A DNA stretch of 64,000 nucleotides from an uncultured Ruminiclostridium sp. (GCA_910585505.1 CAJUFF010000001.1:23579-87578); one strand, 5' to 3'; shown: positions 26,951-38,765, counted from the stretch's first letter. Notes: generated by a model from the letters alone, not told the origin. Made by a program: numbers and translations.

Positions 26951-27397
26951 TTACTGCATTATTTGAAAAATATAAAGAATTATACCGTATACTACCGAGG
27001 TAAGAATGCCGTACACTATTACGGGACCCGCTATAATGAACATTTTTGCGGCAGTGCCCAATATAAAGCCTTCGGTTTTGAATTCAAGCGCCGGAGCAAC
27101 TACGGAGTTGGCGAAGCCGGTTATGGGTACTAAAGTACCCGCTCCGCCGTGTTTTGCGATTTTATCGTAAAGCTTAAGGCCGGTAAGGAGCGCACTCAGA
27201 AATACGAGTGTTATGGAGGTTACGGAGCGGGCGTGAAGCTCGGTCATACCCAGATAGGTGTATAGGTTGAATAGAGCCTGTCCCAGACAGCATATCAAAC
27301 CGCCTATTACAAAGGCTTTGGGCAGCGTAAAATACAGCTTGGTGCCGGGAGAGTGTTTTTTGGTTAATTTATCGTATTCGTTATTAGTCATATTCAT
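26951..27397 (-). CDS. spoVAC: Stage V sporulation protein AC
   Basis: GAGTLVPITGFANS..EFKTEG..KMFIIAGPVIVYG. Confidence 0.95.
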   Translation of the reverse strand: MNMTNNEYDKLTKKHSPGTKLYFTLPKAFVIGGLICCLGQALFNLYTYLGMTELHARSVTSITLVFLSALLTGLKLYDKIAKHGGAGTLVPITGFANSVVAPALEFKTEGFILGTAAKMFIIAGPVIVYGILTSVVYGIILYIFQIMQ

Positions 27398-27465
27398 AAT
27401 TGATATCCTTTCGCAAAAAATCGACTTTTATCATATTTTTTCTTTTTTTCTCTCAAATATTCATA

Positions 27466-27509
27466 AAAAGAACAGACTGCTTTTCCTCAAAAGCAGTCTG
27501 TTCTTTTTA
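27466..27509 (-). terminator. Terminator of the alpha operon
   Basis: AAAAAGAACAGACTGCTTTT..AAAAGCAGTCTGTTCTTTTT. Confidence 0.8.
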
Positions 27510-27525
27510 TGAATATTTAAACCAA

Positions 27526-27858
27526 TTAAACCAACTCAATAATAGCCATCTCGGCAGCGTCTCCGCGGCGGGGACCTGTCTTGATTATCCTTGTATATCC
27601 GCCGTTAACGTCCTTATACTTAGGAGAAATTTCGTCAAACAGCTTCTTGCTGACTTCCTCCTTGGTAATGTAAGCGAATACCTGACGCTTGCTGTGAAGG
27701 TCGGTGTTCTTTCCGAGAGTTATCATTTTCTCGGCTTCGCTTTTTACTTCCTTGGCTCTGGTAACAGTGGTCTCGATTTTGCCGTTTTCCAGCAAAAATG
27801 TTACCATCGCTCTGAGCATCGCTTTTCTATGATCGCTGGTTCTTCCCAGTTTTCTCAT
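27526..27858 (-). CDS. rplQ: 50S ribosomal protein L17
   Basis: [22 protein letters not shown]. Confidence 0.98.
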   Translation of the reverse strand: MRKLGRTSDHRKAMLRAMVTFLLENGKIETTVTRAKEVKSEAEKMITLGKNTDLHSKRQVFAYITKEEVSKKLFDEISPKYKDVNGGYTRIIKTGPRRGDAAEMAIIELV

Positions 27859-27942
27859 TGGCTTATACTCCTTTCCGTACAGAGTTTGTTTCCTTCGGCG
27901 AGTTATCTTTATTCACATCGCCTCGGAAAACCTAATCGTAGG

Positions 27943-28899
27943 TCATTCCTCCGGCTCCGCAAGGTCAAAGCCCAACGAATTAAGCTTTGCTCTTACCTCG
28001 TCAAAGGATTTCTTGCCTAAGTTGCGTACCTTCATCATTTCGTCGGGGGACTTTGTGATAAGATCCTCAACCGTGTTGATATTGGCGCGCTTCAGGCAGT
28101 TGAAGGAACGCACCGAAAGCTCCAGATCCTCGATAGTCATTTCGAGAACCTTGTCCTTGCTCTTGTCGTCCTTTTCAACCATAAGCTCAGGCTGGTTAGC
28201 CTCGTCGGACAGCTCGACAAACAGCTGCAAATGCTCACAAAGCACCTTTGCCGCATAGCTTACCGCTTCCTTGGCGGAAATGGTTCCGTCCGTCCACACC
28301 TCGATGATGAGCTTGTCAAAGTCGGTGCGCTGTCCCACACGAGTATTTTCAACAGAATAGTTAACCTTAAGAACAGGTGTGTAAATGCTGTCAACCGCAA
28401 TTATTCCTATGGGCGGCTGTACCATTTTAGACTTGTTCTTTTCAGCACTTACGTAACCTCGGCCTCTGTCAAAAGTAAGCTCCATATAGAGCTTAGCGCC
28501 TGCCGTGAGAGTGGCGATATGCATTCCGGGATCGAGTATCTCTATCTCGCTGTCCGTTTTAATGTCGCCCGCCAGTACCTCACATTCGCCGTTTGCTTCA
28601 ATGTACACCGTCTTGGGGCTTTCCCCGTACATTTTAGCTATTAAACCCTTAATATTCAGAATTATCTCGGTTACGTCTTCCTTAACGCCGGGAATAGTGG
28701 AAAATTCATGCTGAACCCCGTCGATCTTTACACTCGTAACCGCAACTCCGGGCAAAGAGGAGAGCAATACACGCCTCAGGCTGTTGCCTAACGTGTTGCC
28801 GAAACCGCATTCCAACGGCTCTAAGGTAAACATTCCGTATTTACCGTCGGGCTTGAGCTTTACGGTTTCTATTTCCGGCTTTTCAATTCTTTCAAGCAT
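27943..28899 (-). CDS. rpoA: RNA polymerase alpha subunit
   Basis: [30 protein letters not shown]; start set to MLERIE. Confidence 0.98.
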   Translation of the reverse strand: MLERIEKPEIETVKLKPDGKYGMFTLEPLECGFGNTLGNSLRRVLLSSLPGVAVTSVKIDGVQHEFSTIPGVKEDVTEIILNIKGLIAKMYGESPKTVYIEANGECEVLAGDIKTDSEIEILDPGMHIATLTAGAKLYMELTFDRGRGYVSAEKNKSKMVQPPIGIIAVDSIYTPVLKVNYSVENTRVGQRTDFDKLIIEVWTDGTISAKEAVSYAAKVLCEHLQLFVELSDEANQPELMVEKDDKSKDKVLEMTIEDLELSVRSFNCLKRANINTVEDLITKSPDEMMKVRNLGKKSFDEVRAKLNSLGFDLAEPEE

Positions 28900-29148
28900 T
28901 CTGTAACCCTCCTGCTGTTCGGGATCCGCCGCTTCGGTCAACCGAATCGGGGAATCGTATAATTGTTTTGCTCAGGGGCTTCCGCCTTACCGCGTCTTGC
29001 AACGCGTAAGTGACAGAAAATATTGGGCGTTTCCGCCCCGATTAATTTTAAATTACGATAACTCGATTGTAAATTAAAAATAACCGCACCATAGTTCTTC
29101 TCGTCCGTTCCCTGCCGTTTTCCGCAAAACAGCGTTTTTTCTTCGCTA

Positions 29149-29745
29149 TTATTTGGAATACAACTCGATTACGAGCTGCTCTTCGATCTCGAAGTCAAGC
29201 TCATCTCTCTGAGGAAGACGAGTAACAACCGCGCTGGAGGCTTCCTTGTTCAGGTCCAGCCAAACGGGAATAAGTCTGCCGTTGGCAGCTTCCGCGATCT
29301 GAGCAAACTTGGGGCTCTTCTTGCTTTTTTCCGAAAGAGCGACAACATCGCCGGGCTTTACTCTATAAGAAGGAATATCAACTCTCTTGCCGTTAACGGT
29401 AAAGTGACCGTGACCTACAAGCTGACGGGATTCACGGCGGGTAATTGCCATACCCATTCTGAATACAACGTTGTCAAGACGGGATTCCAAAAGCTTTATA
29501 AGGTTTTCACCGGCAACGCCCTCTTCCTTGATAGCCATTTCATAGTAATGATGGAACTGCTTTTCAAGAACGCCGTAAATAAATTTCAGCTTCTGCTTCT
29601 CCTTAAGCTGCATTCCGTACTCGGAAACTTTCTTGCGGGGATTTCCGTTACCCTTTCTGTTTGTTTCCTTGCTGTAGCCCAAAACCGCGGGGCTTATTCC
29701 CAGTGCCTTGCATCTCTTAAGCACAGGTGTTCTATCTACTGCCAT
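29149..29745 (-). CDS. rpsD: 30S ribosomal protein S4
   Basis: SEYGMQLKEKQK, LESRLDNVVFR. Confidence 0.98.
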   Translation of the reverse strand: MAVDRTPVLKRCKALGISPAVLGYSKETNRKGNGNPRKKVSEYGMQLKEKQKLKFIYGVLEKQFHHYYEMAIKEEGVAGENLIKLLESRLDNVVFRMGMAITRRESRQLVGHGHFTVNGKRVDIPSYRVKPGDVVALSEKSKKSPKFAQIAEAANGRLIPVWLDLNKEASSAVVTRLPQRDELDFEIEEQLVIELYSK

Positions 29746-29851
29746 TGTAATATTTTCCTTTCTTTCAAGGAAATCCGAACAGCTCGGCTTTCCTGACGTT
29801 TATTTATGTTGTATCGGTCTTCCCGACACCGAGCAACGACGCTCGGTAAAA

Positions 29852-30256
29852 CTATACGCGTCTTCTCTTGGGAGGACGGCATCCGTTGTGAGGGATGGGG
29901 GTTACATCCTTGATCATTCTTACTTCAAGGCCTGCCGCGGACAGCGCTCTTATAGCCGCTTCACGTCCCGCGCCGGGGCCCTTTACGTATACCTCGACGG
30001 TTTTAAGGCCGTGCACCATTGCCGCCTTCGCCGCCGTTTCGGCTGCCGACTGAGCCGCGAAGGGAGTGGACTTTCTGTTGCCTCTGAAGCCCAGTCCGCC
30101 TGCGCTTGCCCATGAAAGGGTGTTGCCCTGAAGGTCGGTTATAGTAACGATCGTATTGTTAAAAGTAGACTGAATATGTGCCGAACCGTTTTCGATGTTC
30201 TTGCGGTCGCGGCGGCGAAGTCCTGCCTTTTTAACATTAGCTTTGTTCCCTGCCAT
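29852..30256 (-). CDS. rpsK: 30S ribosomal protein S11
   Basis: [18 protein letters not shown]. Confidence 0.98.
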   Translation of the reverse strand: MAGNKANVKKAGLRRRDRKNIENGSAHIQSTFNNTIVTITDLQGNTLSWASAGGLGFRGNRKSTPFAAQSAAETAAKAAMVHGLKTVEVYVKGPGAGREAAIRALSAAGLEVRMIKDVTPIPHNGCRPPKRRRV

Positions 30257-30280
30257 TTATTAGCTTCCTTTCTGTAAAAA

Positions 30281-30649
30281 TTACTTCTTCTTGTTAGCGA
30301 TGGTCTTTGCGGGACCCTTGCGGGTTCTGGCGTTGGTCTTTGTTCTCTGACCTCTTACGGGAAGACCCTTGCGATGACGAACGCCGCGGTAGCAGTTAAT
30401 TTCAACCAGACGCTTGATATTCAAAGCGACTTCACGTCTGAGGTCGCCTTCCACGCGGTAGTTTGCGTCGATAACCTCACGGATCTTTGCTTCCTGATCC
30501 TCGGTAAGGTCCTTGACGCGAGTGTCAGGGTTAACGCCTGCAGCCGCGAGAATGTCATTTGCGGATTTTCTGCCTATACCGTATACATAGGTCAAGCCGA
30601 TTTCAACGCGCTTTTCCTTGGGCAGATCCACACCAGCGATTCTTGCCAT
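30281..30649 (-). CDS. rpsM: 30S ribosomal protein S13
   Basis: [24 protein letters not shown]. Confidence 0.98.
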   Translation of the reverse strand: MARIAGVDLPKEKRVEIGLTYVYGIGRKSANDILAAAGVNPDTRVKDLTEDQEAKIREVIDANYRVEGDLRREVALNIKRLVEINCYRGVRHRKGLPVRGQRTKTNARTRKGPAKTIANKKK

Positions 30650-30706
30650 ACTTTAAACCTTTCCTTTCCTGTGAAGGAGCCGGCTCCTTCAATTATATGA
30701 AGGGCC

Positions 30707-30820
30707 TCAGCCCTGTCTTTGTTTATGCTTGGGATCCTTGCAGATCACCATAACTCTGCCCTTGCGCTTGATTACCTTGCACTTGTCGCACATGGGCTTT
30801 ACTGAAGGTCTTACTTTCAT
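30707..30820 (-). CDS. rpmJ: 50S ribosomal protein L36 (below ORF-track cutoff)
   Basis: Manual translation [37 protein letters not shown]. Confidence 0.97.
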   Translation of the reverse strand: MKVRPSVKPMCDKCKVIKRKGRVMVICKDPKHKQRQG

Positions 30821-30862
30821 TTCGTTACATCCTTTCTGACATGCCAACGGTTTTTTTGAATT

Positions 30863-31081
30863 TTACTTGGCTCTCCATGTAATTCTGCCCTTGGTCAGGT
30901 CGTAAGGCGACATTTCAATAGTTACCTTATCGCCGGGAAGAATGCGGATGTAATTCATACGCAGCTTACCGCTTACATGAGCTAAAATAACATGACCGTT
31001 GGAAAGCTTAACATTGAACATTGCGTTGGGCAACGCTTCCTGTATAATGCCTTCTACTTCGATTACATCTTCTTTGGACAA
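30863..31081 (-). CDS. infA: Translation initiation factor IF-1
   Basis: [27 protein letters not shown]. Confidence 0.98.
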   Translation of the reverse strand: MSKEDVIEVEGIIQEALPNAMFNVKLSNGHVILAHVSGKLRMNYIRILPGDKVTIEMSPYDLTKGRITWRAK

Positions 31082-31224
31082 GCTATGATCATTCCTTTCC
31101 TGTGGGTTGTTAAGCCGCTTCTTCTAAAGTAATCGCATCAATTATAACACGTACTCTTTAAAAATTTTGCCGTATTTTGCGGCTTGATCATTTCCGTGGT
31201 GATGTTATTATCGGATCCGAGCTT

Positions 31225-31470
31225 CTAAGATTTCTTAAGATCGTTTAAGAACCTTCTCAGCTTTTTGTCCGTCAGCTGCTCCAAATCAATTTTATAATTG
31301 GTTTTTTGCAGATGCTTGGGATTCTTGCGTTTCGGTCTTTCAAGCGGACGCTCCTTCCCGTCGGCCACGATAACAAAATCCTTTTCGTCGTCCGTTCCGA
31401 TCACGGCCATATAATAGCCCTTGTCGCGTCCCGCCCTGCTTATGACCACATATCCTTTTTCAAATTCCAT
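31225..31470 (-). CDS. KOW-domain L14e-like RNA-binding protein
   Basis: SRAGRDKG..ADGKERPLERPKRKNPKHL; between map and infA. Confidence 0.88.
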   Translation of the reverse strand: MEFEKGYVVISRAGRDKGYYMAVIGTDDEKDFVIVADGKERPLERPKRKNPKHLQKTNYKIDLEQLTDKKLRRFLNDLKKS

Positions 31471-31510
31471 ATGATTTTTCGCTCAGACAATCTCCGCTTC
31501 TTCCTAACCG

Positions 31511-32266
31511 TCAATGTGTCGGAAGAGTCAGTATCATCGGCTCCCCTTCGGTAATAAGAACGGTGTGTTCAAAATGCGCGGACATTTTGCCGTTTCCCTC
31601 CACTACCGTCCATTTGTCGTCCAGAACGTTTACGTTTTCCGTAGTCTGGTTCACCATGGGTTCAATGGCAATGGTCATTCCCGGTATAAGTCTCGGACCT
31701 CTTCCGGGTTTTCCGAAATTCGGCACTTCCGGATCCTCGTGCATTTCACGTCCCACTCCGTGTCCGATATATTTTTTTACCACATAATACCCAGCGGTTT
31801 CCACACATATCTGAACCGCATTGCTTATATCGCCTACCCGGTTGCCTTTAACCGCCTGAGCTATTCCCTTATAAAGAGCGGTCTCGGTTGCCCGGAGCAA
31901 AAGCTCCTTTTCCTCGCTCACACCGCCGATTCTGAACGTTCTGGTATTGTCGCCCATATAACCGTCAAGCTCGGCAACTATGTCGCAGGAGATTATGTCG
32001 CCCTCTTTGAGAATTTTCTTTTTGGAAGGTATTCCGTGTATAAGCTCCTCGTTGACCGAAAAGCAATTGTGCCCCGGAAATCCTCCGTAGCCCTTACAGG
32101 GGGAGTGACCTCCTTTTGAAACGACGTAGTCGTTCACTATCCTGTCAAGCTCCCATGTGGAGACACCCGCAACGGCGTTTTTGCCCGCAAGCTCCAGTGC
32201 CTGTGCGGCAAGCTCGCCCGCCTTTATCATCTTCGGGATCTCCTTTACGGATTTTACCTGTATCAT
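31511..32266 (-). CDS. map: Methionine aminopeptidase type I
   Basis: HGIP, GHGVG..HEDP, AIEPM, SAHFEHT. Confidence 0.97.
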   Translation of the reverse strand: MIQVKSVKEIPKMIKAGELAAQALELAGKNAVAGVSTWELDRIVNDYVVSKGGHSPCKGYGGFPGHNCFSVNEELIHGIPSKKKILKEGDIISCDIVAELDGYMGDNTRTFRIGGVSEEKELLLRATETALYKGIAQAVKGNRVGDISNAVQICVETAGYYVVKKYIGHGVGREMHEDPEVPNFGKPGRGPRLIPGMTIAIEPMVNQTTENVNVLDDKWTVVEGNGKMSAHFEHTVLITEGEPMILTLPTH

Positions 32267-32267
32267 C

Positions 32268-32906
32268 TTAACCTTCTATCGCGGCTAAGGTAAGCTTGGA
32301 GGTGTCGGCGATCTCATCCTGACCGATTACCGTCTTGAGCATACCCTTGTTTTCATAGTAGCCCTTTAAAGGAGCGGTTTTTTCACGGTAGGTTTCAAGT
32401 CTCGAAAGCACCGTTTCGGGCTTGTCGTCTACCCGCTGTACTACCTTGGCGCCGCAGGAATCGCAGATTCCCTCGCTTTTTGTGGGCTTGTATTCCATAT
32501 GATAGGAAGCGCCGCAGCCTTCGCAGACTCTTCTTCCCGAAAGACGTGCAATTATTTTTTCATCGGGAACGCTGATCTCGATAACCTTATCGATTTTTAC
32601 GCCCATCTTTTCGAGCGCCTCAGCCTGCTCCACCGTTCTGGGGAAGCCGTCAAGGATAAAGCCGTTCTTGCAGTCGTCCTGCGCGATTCTGTCTTTCAGA
32701 ATACCTATAACGATATCGTCGGGCACCAAATCGCCCTTATCCATACGCTCTTTTGCGGCAATACCCGCTGGCGTGGCGTTTTTTACGGCCTCACGGAGCA
32801 TATTGCCCGTGGAGATGGCGGGGATTCCCAACTTGTCGCATACGATCTCCGCCTGTGTTCCTTTTCCCGCTCCGGGAGCGCCTAAAAATATAAGATTCAT
32901 TTGCAA
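32268..32906 (-). CDS. adk: Adenylate kinase
   Basis: GAPGAGKGTQ, LDGFPRT, Cys-rich lid. Confidence 0.98.
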   Translation of the reverse strand: MQMNLIFLGAPGAGKGTQAEIVCDKLGIPAISTGNMLREAVKNATPAGIAAKERMDKGDLVPDDIVIGILKDRIAQDDCKNGFILDGFPRTVEQAEALEKMGVKIDKVIEISVPDEKIIARLSGRRVCEGCGASYHMEYKPTKSEGICDSCGAKVVQRVDDKPETVLSRLETYREKTAPLKGYYENKGMLKTVIGQDEIADTSKLTLAAIEG

Positions 32907-32935
32907 TACTCCTTTTTAGATAACCTGTTGTCGGT

Positions 32936-34249
32936 TTATTCCAGGAAGCCCTTATGATGACGCATCATCATCTGGCTTTCCAGCGAACGAACGGTTTCAA
33001 GCGAAACGCCTACTACGATAAGGATCGTTGTACCGCCGAGGGAAAGTCCCTGTATACCGCTGAGATTCTGGAAAATGATCGGGAAAATTGCTATGAAGCC
33101 GAGGAAGACGGCGCCGATAAGCGTAACCTTCGACAGCGAGTTGTTGATAAAATCCGCCGTGGGCTGTCCGGGTCTGTAACCGGGGATAGCGCCGTTGTTC
33201 TTCTTAAGATCGTTGGCGATCTGAATGGGGTTATACTGAATAGCCACATAGAAGTAGTTGAAGCCGATTATCAGGAGGAAATAAAGTACCGCGTAAAGCC
33301 AGCTCGAAGTGCTGAACAGTCTTACGAAGCCCTCCCAGAAATCGTGACCGCTTGTACCGTCGCCGCTGATTCCGAAGAAAAAGCAGATAGTAGAAGGAAG
33401 AGACATAATGGACATGGCAAAGATTATAGGCATAACGCCCGACATTGCCACCTTAATGGGAATATAAGAGGACTGACCTCCGTACATCTTTCTTCCCACA
33501 ACGCGCTTGGCGTACTGAACGGGGATTTTTCTCTCCGCATTTGTCATTAAAACAACTAAAGTGATCATTCCCACATAAATAATAAGAATAATGGGAACGA
33601 GAATAGCGTTCTTCATGCCGCCGGCGGAAATGGTTCTGAATAAACCGATAACATCGGCGGGAATACGGGATACGATACCCGCAAAAAGTATCATTGAAAT
33701 ACCGTTTCCGATACCCTTTTCGCTTATCTGATCGCCTAACCAGATAATCAGCGACGCGCCCGCCACAAAGCAGCCGACTATAACTATCGCCGAAATAACG
33801 CCGTCAAAGCCGTTCGTATATTTTACAACACCGCCGTTTCTGAGGGTGATGTAAAACGCCACCGCCTGGAATATAGCCAGACCGAGAGCAACCAGCTTGT
33901 TGATCTTGTTAAGCTTCTTCCTGCCTTCGTCGCCTTCCTTGGCGAGTCTCTCCAACGGCTTTATCGCAACCGTCAGGAGCTGAATAATGATTGACGCGTT
34001 AATATAAGGGGTAATCGACATTGCGAACAAGGTACCGTTGCTGAGCGATCCGCCGGTCATCTGATCCCAGTAGGAAAAGAGGTTTCCGCTGCCGCTGTCC
34101 ATTCCCAGAACCGTGGATATCTTGTCGGTGTCTAAGAAAGGAACAAAGATACTTGCTCCCAAACGGAAAATCAAAATAATAAAGAGGGTGTAGAGGATCT
34201 TTTTTCTTAAGTCAGCGAGCTTCCAAGCATTTCGGAAAACTTCAAACAT
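32936..34249 (-). CDS. secY: Preprotein translocase SecY
   Basis: ITPYINASII, GIGNGIS, PGYRPG. Confidence 0.98.
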   Translation of the reverse strand: MFEVFRNAWKLADLRKKILYTLFIILIFRLGASIFVPFLDTDKISTVLGMDSGSGNLFSYWDQMTGGSLSNGTLFAMSITPYINASIIIQLLTVAIKPLERLAKEGDEGRKKLNKINKLVALGLAIFQAVAFYITLRNGGVVKYTNGFDGVISAIVIVGCFVAGASLIIWLGDQISEKGIGNGISMILFAGIVSRIPADVIGLFRTISAGGMKNAILVPIILIIYVGMITLVVLMTNAERKIPVQYAKRVVGRKMYGGQSSYIPIKVAMSGVMPIIFAMSIMSLPSTICFFFGISGDGTSGHDFWEGFVRLFSTSSWLYAVLYFLLIIGFNYFYVAIQYNPIQIANDLKKNNGAIPGYRPGQPTADFINNSLSKVTLIGAVFLGFIAIFPIIFQNLSGIQGLSLGGTTILIVVGVSLETVRSLESQMMMRHHKGFLE

Positions 34250-34695
34250 CAGATCACCTCAGCCTTTCCGCCTGCGCTCTCAATCTTGGATTTTGCGCTC
34301 TCGGAAAACTTGGCTGCCTTAACTGTCAGGGACTTGGTGATTTCGCCTCTGCCGAGAACCTTTACACCATCGAAGGTCTTCTTAAGAAGTCCCGCTTCTA
34401 CAATAGCTGCTTCGTCAATTACCGCGCCGTTATCGAACCTCGCTTCCAAATCGGACACGTTTACAGTAGCGTAAACGGTGGCAAAGTTCTTGTTGTTGAA
34501 TCCGCGCTTCGGGATACGCATGGCAAGCTTGGTCTGACCGCCTTCAAAGCCCGGCTTTACGCCGCCGCCAGAACGAGCCCACTGACCCTTGTGTCCCTTG
34601 CCGGATGTCTTGCCCCAGCCTGAGCCGTGTCCGCGGCCGATACGCTTAACTTCTCTGTTTGAACCGGGCGCGGGGGATAATTCGTGTAGCTTCAT
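34249..34695 (-). CDS. rplO: 50S ribosomal protein L15
   Basis: [24 protein letters not shown]. Confidence 0.98.
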   Translation of the reverse strand: MKLHELSPAPGSNREVKRIGRGHGSGWGKTSGKGHKGQWARSGGGVKPGFEGGQTKLAMRIPKRGFNNKNFATVYATVNVSDLEARFDNGAVIDEAAIVEAGLLKKTFDGVKVLGRGEITKSLTVKAAKFSESAKSKIESAGGKAEVI

Positions 34696-34723
34696 TTATA
34701 AGCTCTCCTTTCCGGTAAATTTA

Positions 34724-34900
34724 TTATTCGTCCGTAACCTCAAGCAAATAGCTTATGGTTTTGATCTTGCCGTTGGTTGCCGCATTGTCGGGCTGCACGG
34801 TTGTATCGCCGATCTTGCGAAGACCGAGTGAATTTGCGGTGGCGATGTGACTGTCTTTGCGACCGATCAATGATTTAACCAGCTTTATTTTCTTTGACAT
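34724..34900 (-). CDS. rpmD: 50S ribosomal protein L30 (below ORF-track cutoff)
   Basis: Manual translation MSKKIKLVKSLIGRKDSHIATANSLGLRKIG...; between rpsE and rplO. Confidence 0.95.
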   Translation of the reverse strand: MSKKIKLVKSLIGRKDSHIATANSLGLRKIGDTTVQPDNAATNGKIKTISYLLEVTDE

Positions 34901-34920
34901 TTCGGTGCTCTCCTTTCAGA

Positions 34921-35421
34921 TCAGTTGAAGATTTCCTTGACAGTCTTGCCTCTTAAAGCTGCAACCTGCTCGGCATCTCTGAGAGATGTAAGTCCCGCCA
35001 TTGTAGCTCTTACTACGTTGCAGGGATTATTGGAACGAAGAGACTTTGTTCTGATATTCTTAATGCCCGCCATTTCGATAACGGAACGAACGGGGCCGCC
35101 CGCGATAACGCCGGTACCTTCGGGAGCGGGCTTCATAAGAACGGCGCCTGCGCCGAACTTGCCTACTACCTCGTGAGGTATCGTGGTGCCCTTGAGGGAA
35201 ATTTTAACAAGGTTTTTCTTTGCGTCCTCGATTCCCTTGCGTATAGCGTCGGGAACTTCATTGGACTTACCCATTCCAAAGCCTACGATTCCGTTACCGT
35301 CGCCTACGACAACGAGCGCGCTGAATTTCATTACACGTCCGCCCTGAACTGTCTTGCTTACTCTGTTGATAGCAACGACTTTTTCGGAAAGCTCCAATTT
35401 TGATGCGTCTATAAGTGCCAA
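34921..35421 (-). CDS. rpsE: 30S ribosomal protein S5
   Basis: [19 protein letters not shown]. Confidence 0.98.
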   Translation of the reverse strand: MALIDASKLELSEKVVAINRVSKTVQGGRVMKFSALVVVGDGNGIVGFGMGKSNEVPDAIRKGIEDAKKNLVKISLKGTTIPHEVVGKFGAGAVLMKPAPEGTGVIAGGPVRSVIEMAGIKNIRTKSLRSNNPCNVVRATMAGLTSLRDAEQVAALRGKTVKEIFN

Positions 35422-35437
35422 AATTTTTTCCTCCTTC

Positions 35438-35797
35438 TTAGAAATTCAGTCCGCCTTCACGGGCGCCGTCTGCCAGCGCGGCCACTCTTCCGTGATAAAC
35501 GTAGCCGGAACGGTCAAATACCACGTCGGCAATTCCCTTGGCCTTTGCCTTTTCCGCAAGAGCAAGACCAACCTTCTTCGCGGCCTCCGCGTTTCCGCCA
35601 AAGCCCTCGAATCCCTTCTCAAGAGTGGAAGCGGAGCAAAGGGTTACTCCCGCCACATCGTCGATAAGCTGCGCGTAAATATGCTTTGCGGAACGGAAAA
35701 CGTTAAGGCGGGGGCAAGAGGAGGTTCCGCTTACCTTTGCGCGGACTCTCTTATGACGCTTTATTCTGTTTTCCTTTTTATCTATGATTTTTTTCAT
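35438..35797 (-). CDS. rplR: 50S ribosomal protein L18
   Basis: [14 protein letters not shown]. Confidence 0.98.
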   Translation of the reverse strand: MKKIIDKKENRIKRHKRVRAKVSGTSSCPRLNVFRSAKHIYAQLIDDVAGVTLCSASTLEKGFEGFGGNAEAAKKVGLALAEKAKAKGIADVVFDRSGYVYHGRVAALADGAREGGLNF

Positions 35798-35814
35798 TAT
35801 CTTTTACGCCTCCC

Positions 35815-36360
35815 TTACTTCTTGCCCTTAGCGGCTTTGCCTTCCTTGCGGCGGATAACTTCGTTGGCGTACTTAATTCCCTTGCCCTTATAGGGTTCGG
35901 GAGGACGTATACCTCTTACTTCCGCTGCGAACTGGCCTACCTTCTGCTTGTCTATGCCCTTGATAATAATCTGGTTGGGCTGGGGGGATTCGATGGTGAT
36001 ATCCTCGGTATCGGATACTACAACGGGGTGGGAGAAACCGAGAGTAAGGTTAAGATCCTTTCCCTGCTTCTGGCATCTGTAACCTACGCCGTTAATCTCC
36101 AGCATCTTGGAGAATCCGTTGGTAACACCCTCGATCATATTGGCGATAAGGGTTCTCGTAAGTCCGTGAAGCGCACGGTTTTCCGCTTCGTCATCGGGAC
36201 GGGTAACATGTACCTCCGCGCCGTCAACGGTCACGGTCATCTGAGGCTTAAACTCCTTCGTAAGTGTGCCCTTGGGGCCTTTTACAGTAACCACGCTGCC
36301 GTCAACCTTGACCTCAACGCCCGCGGGAACAGCAATAGGCTTTCTTCCGATTCTTGACAT
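35815..36360 (-). CDS. rplF: 50S ribosomal protein L6
   Basis: [17 protein letters not shown]; start adjusted. Confidence 0.98.
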   Translation of the reverse strand: MSRIGRKPIAVPAGVEVKVDGSVVTVKGPKGTLTKEFKPQMTVTVDGAEVHVTRPDDEAENRALHGLTRTLIANMIEGVTNGFSKMLEINGVGYRCQKQGKDLNLTLGFSHPVVVSDTEDITIESPQPNQIIIKGIDKQKVGQFAAEVRGIRPPEPYKGKGIKYANEVIRRKEGKAAKGKK

Positions 36361-36373
36361 ATTCTGTTCCTCC

Positions 36374-36772
36374 TTACCATACAAACGCAAGGACTTCGCC
36401 GCCAACGTGAGCCGCTCTCGCCGCTCTGTCGGTCATAACGCCCTTGGAGGTGGAAACGATTGCGATTCCGAGACCCTTCATTACCTTGGGCATATCCTTG
36501 CTGTTTGAATAAATTCTCAGGCCGGGCTTGCTGACTCTGCGAAGTCCCGTAATTACCTGCTGCTTGTTTTCTGTGTACTTGAGTGTGATCCTGATGATTC
36601 CCTGCTTGTTGTCCTCAATAACACGGAAGTTCTTGATGTAGCCTTCGTCGGCGAGGATCTGAGCTATCTGCTTTTTCATATTTGAGCAGGGGATATCAAC
36701 AGAGGGGTGCTTCGCGGAATTTGCGTTGCGAATTCTCGTGAGCATATCCGCGATCGTATCGGTGATCTGCAT
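36374..36772 (-). CDS. rpsH: 30S ribosomal protein S8
   Basis: [21 protein letters not shown]. Confidence 0.98.
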   Translation of the reverse strand: MQITDTIADMLTRIRNANSAKHPSVDIPCSNMKKQIAQILADEGYIKNFRVIEDNKQGIIRITLKYTENKQQVITGLRRVSKPGLRIYSNSKDMPKVMKGLGIAIVSTSKGVMTDRAARAAHVGGEVLAFVW

Positions 36773-36921
36773 CTTTATGCGTCCTCCTGTATAAATAGAG
36801 ATAGGAAATCGGTAGTCAGCGGCCGCGGCCTTCGGATACCGGGGCTTATTGCAAGTTAACGCTCCGTCCGCGTCAAGACAAAATCCCGCCGCCTCGCTCT
36901 TGCCGTTTCATGGGTTTATAC

Positions 36922-37107
36922 TTACCAGCTTGCCTTCTTGACGCCGGGAATCTGACCCTTGTAAGCAAGCTCTCTAAAGCAAATTCTGCAAATGCCATAC
37001 TTACGGAGGTAAGCATGAGGTCTTCCGCAGAGCTTACATCTGTTGTACGCTCTTGTGGAGAACTTTGCAGGACGCTGCTGCTTTGCAATCATTGATTTCT
37101 TTGCCAT
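36922..37107 (-). CDS. rpsZ: 30S ribosomal protein S14, Zn-binding type
   Basis: RCKLCGR..CRICFRE. Confidence 0.97.
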   Translation of the reverse strand: MAKKSMIAKQQRPAKFSTRAYNRCKLCGRPHAYLRKYGICRICFRELAYKGQIPGVKKASW

Positions 37108-37136
37108 TTATAAGCTTCCTTTCAAATACCTTTCGG

Positions 37137-37676
37137 TTACTTAGAGAAGGGCGCGCCCATAAGGGACAGCAGCTCTCTCGCTTCCTCATCGGTGTTGGCG
37201 GTGGTCACGAAATTGATGTCCATTCCGCGGATCTGATCAATTTTTTCGTAATCTATTTCGGGGAAAATAAGCTGTTCCTTAACGCCTACGCTGTAATTTC
37301 CTCTTCCGTCGAAGCTGTTGGGATTGATGCCTCTGAAGTCACGTACACGAGGGAGCGCAACATTGAAGAAACGATCGAGAAATTCATACATTGTCTCGCC
37401 TCTCAGCGTTACCTTCACGCCGATGATATTGCCCTCGCGGAGCTTGAAGTTTGCAATAGCCTTTTTAGCCTTGCAGATAACGGGCTTCTGACCGGTTATC
37501 GCGGAGAGATCCGCCATAATGGCGTCAACCTTTTTGTGGTCGTCCTTGGCTTCGCCGCAGGCTACGTTTACAACAATCTTGTCAAGCTTCGGAATCTGCA
37601 TTACGCTCTTGTAGCCGAACTTCTTGAACAGAGCGGGAGCAACGGTTTCCTTGTAGTAGGTTTTCATTGTTGACAT
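37137..37676 (-). CDS. rplE: 50S ribosomal protein L5
   Basis: [16 protein letters not shown]. Confidence 0.98.
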   Translation of the reverse strand: MSTMKTYYKETVAPALFKKFGYKSVMQIPKLDKIVVNVACGEAKDDHKKVDAIMADLSAITGQKPVICKAKKAIANFKLREGNIIGVKVTLRGETMYEFLDRFFNVALPRVRDFRGINPNSFDGRGNYSVGVKEQLIFPEIDYEKIDQIRGMDINFVTTANTDEEARELLSLMGAPFSK

Positions 37677-37770
37677 AATTTTTTCTCCTTACTGCGGGTG
37701 ACAGCAGGAAGTTACCTTATCCTGCCCCTCCACCTGAGTTTATTTCAATAATCCGCCTTGGGCGGGCGCA

Positions 37771-38085
37771 TTAAAGCTGCGCGCCGCAGTGCTTGCAGAT
37801 TCTTACCTTTTTGTCGCCTTCGATCTTATGTCCGACTCTGGTAGCCTTATTGCACTTGGGGCAAACGGGCATAACCTTGCAGGCGTAAAGGGGGCCTTCC
37901 GCCTTTACTATGCCGCCCAGCTCGCCCTGTCTTCTGGGCTTTACATGCTTGGTGACCATGTTTCTGCCCTCGACGATTACCTTGCCCTCGGAGGGGGAAA
38001 CTTCCAGCACCTTACCCTTTTTACCCTTGTCCTTGCCGGAAATAATCATTACCTCGTCGCCTTTTTTAACGTGTAAAGTGTTCAT
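37771..38085 (-). CDS. rplX: 50S ribosomal protein L24
   Basis: KKGDEV..SGKDKGK. Confidence 0.98.
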   Translation of the reverse strand: MNTLHVKKGDEVMIISGKDKGKKGKVLEVSPSEGKVIVEGRNMVTKHVKPRRQGELGGIVKAEGPLYACKVMPVCPKCNKATRVGHKIEGDKKVRICKHCGAQL

Positions 38086-38097
38086 TCCTGCTCCTCC

Positions 38098-38466
38098 TTA
38101 AAGTACTTCGGGAGCAAGGGACAGGATCTTCATGTATTCCTTGTCACGAAGCTCTCTGGCCACAGGTCCGAAAATACGGGTTCCTCTGGGATTCTTGTCT
38201 TCCTTGATCAAAACAGCCGCGTTTTCGTCAAAACGAATATAAGTGCCGTCGTCACGTCTTACGCCTGTGGCGCTGCGAACGATAACGCATTTTACAACGT
38301 CACCCTTCTTTACCGTGCCGCCGGGAGCTGCTTTTTTAACGGAAGCCACAACTACGTCGCCGATATTGGCATACTTTCTGCGTGTGCCGCCTAACACCCT
38401 GATACACATAAGCTCTTTCGCTCCTGTGTTGTCAGCCACTTTAAGGCGTGTCTGCATTTGTATCAT
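38098..38466 (-). CDS. rplN: 50S ribosomal protein L14
   Basis: [19 protein letters not shown]. Confidence 0.98.
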   Translation of the reverse strand: MIQMQTRLKVADNTGAKELMCIRVLGGTRRKYANIGDVVVASVKKAAPGGTVKKGDVVKCVIVRSATGVRRDDGTYIRFDENAAVLIKEDKNPRGTRIFGPVARELRDKEYMKILSLAPEVL

Positions 38467-38487
38467 TGGTTTTTACTCCTTCCGTTA

Positions 38488-38748
38488 TTACTTGCTTCTT
38501 TCAAGCACTTCAACAAGTCTCCATCTCTTGTCCTTGGAAAGAGGTCTTGTTTCCATTATCTTTACCTTATCGCCTACGTTGCAGGTGTTTTCCTCATCGT
38601 GAGCTTTAAGCTTAATGGTGCGCTTGATGATTTTCTTGTACAAGGGGTGGCGAACATTGTCCTTCAGTGCCACTACGATGGTTTTGTCCATCTTGTTGCT
38701 TACTACAACGCCAACTCTTGTTTTTCTGAGGTTCCTTGTGTTTTCCAA
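38488..38748 (-). CDS. rpsQ: 30S ribosomal protein S17
   Basis: [22 protein letters not shown]; probable TTG start. Confidence 0.97.
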   Translation of the reverse strand: MENTRNLRKTRVGVVVSNKMDKTIVVALKDNVRHPLYKKIIKRTIKLKAHDEENTCNVGDKVKIMETRPLSKDKRWRLVEVLERSK

Positions 38749-38765
38749 AGTTCGTTCCTCCCCTC

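Noticed and set aside
31225..31470. L14e-like gene as an archaeal/eukaryotic transfer
   Set aside because: A KOW gene between map and infA is ordinary in Firmicutes
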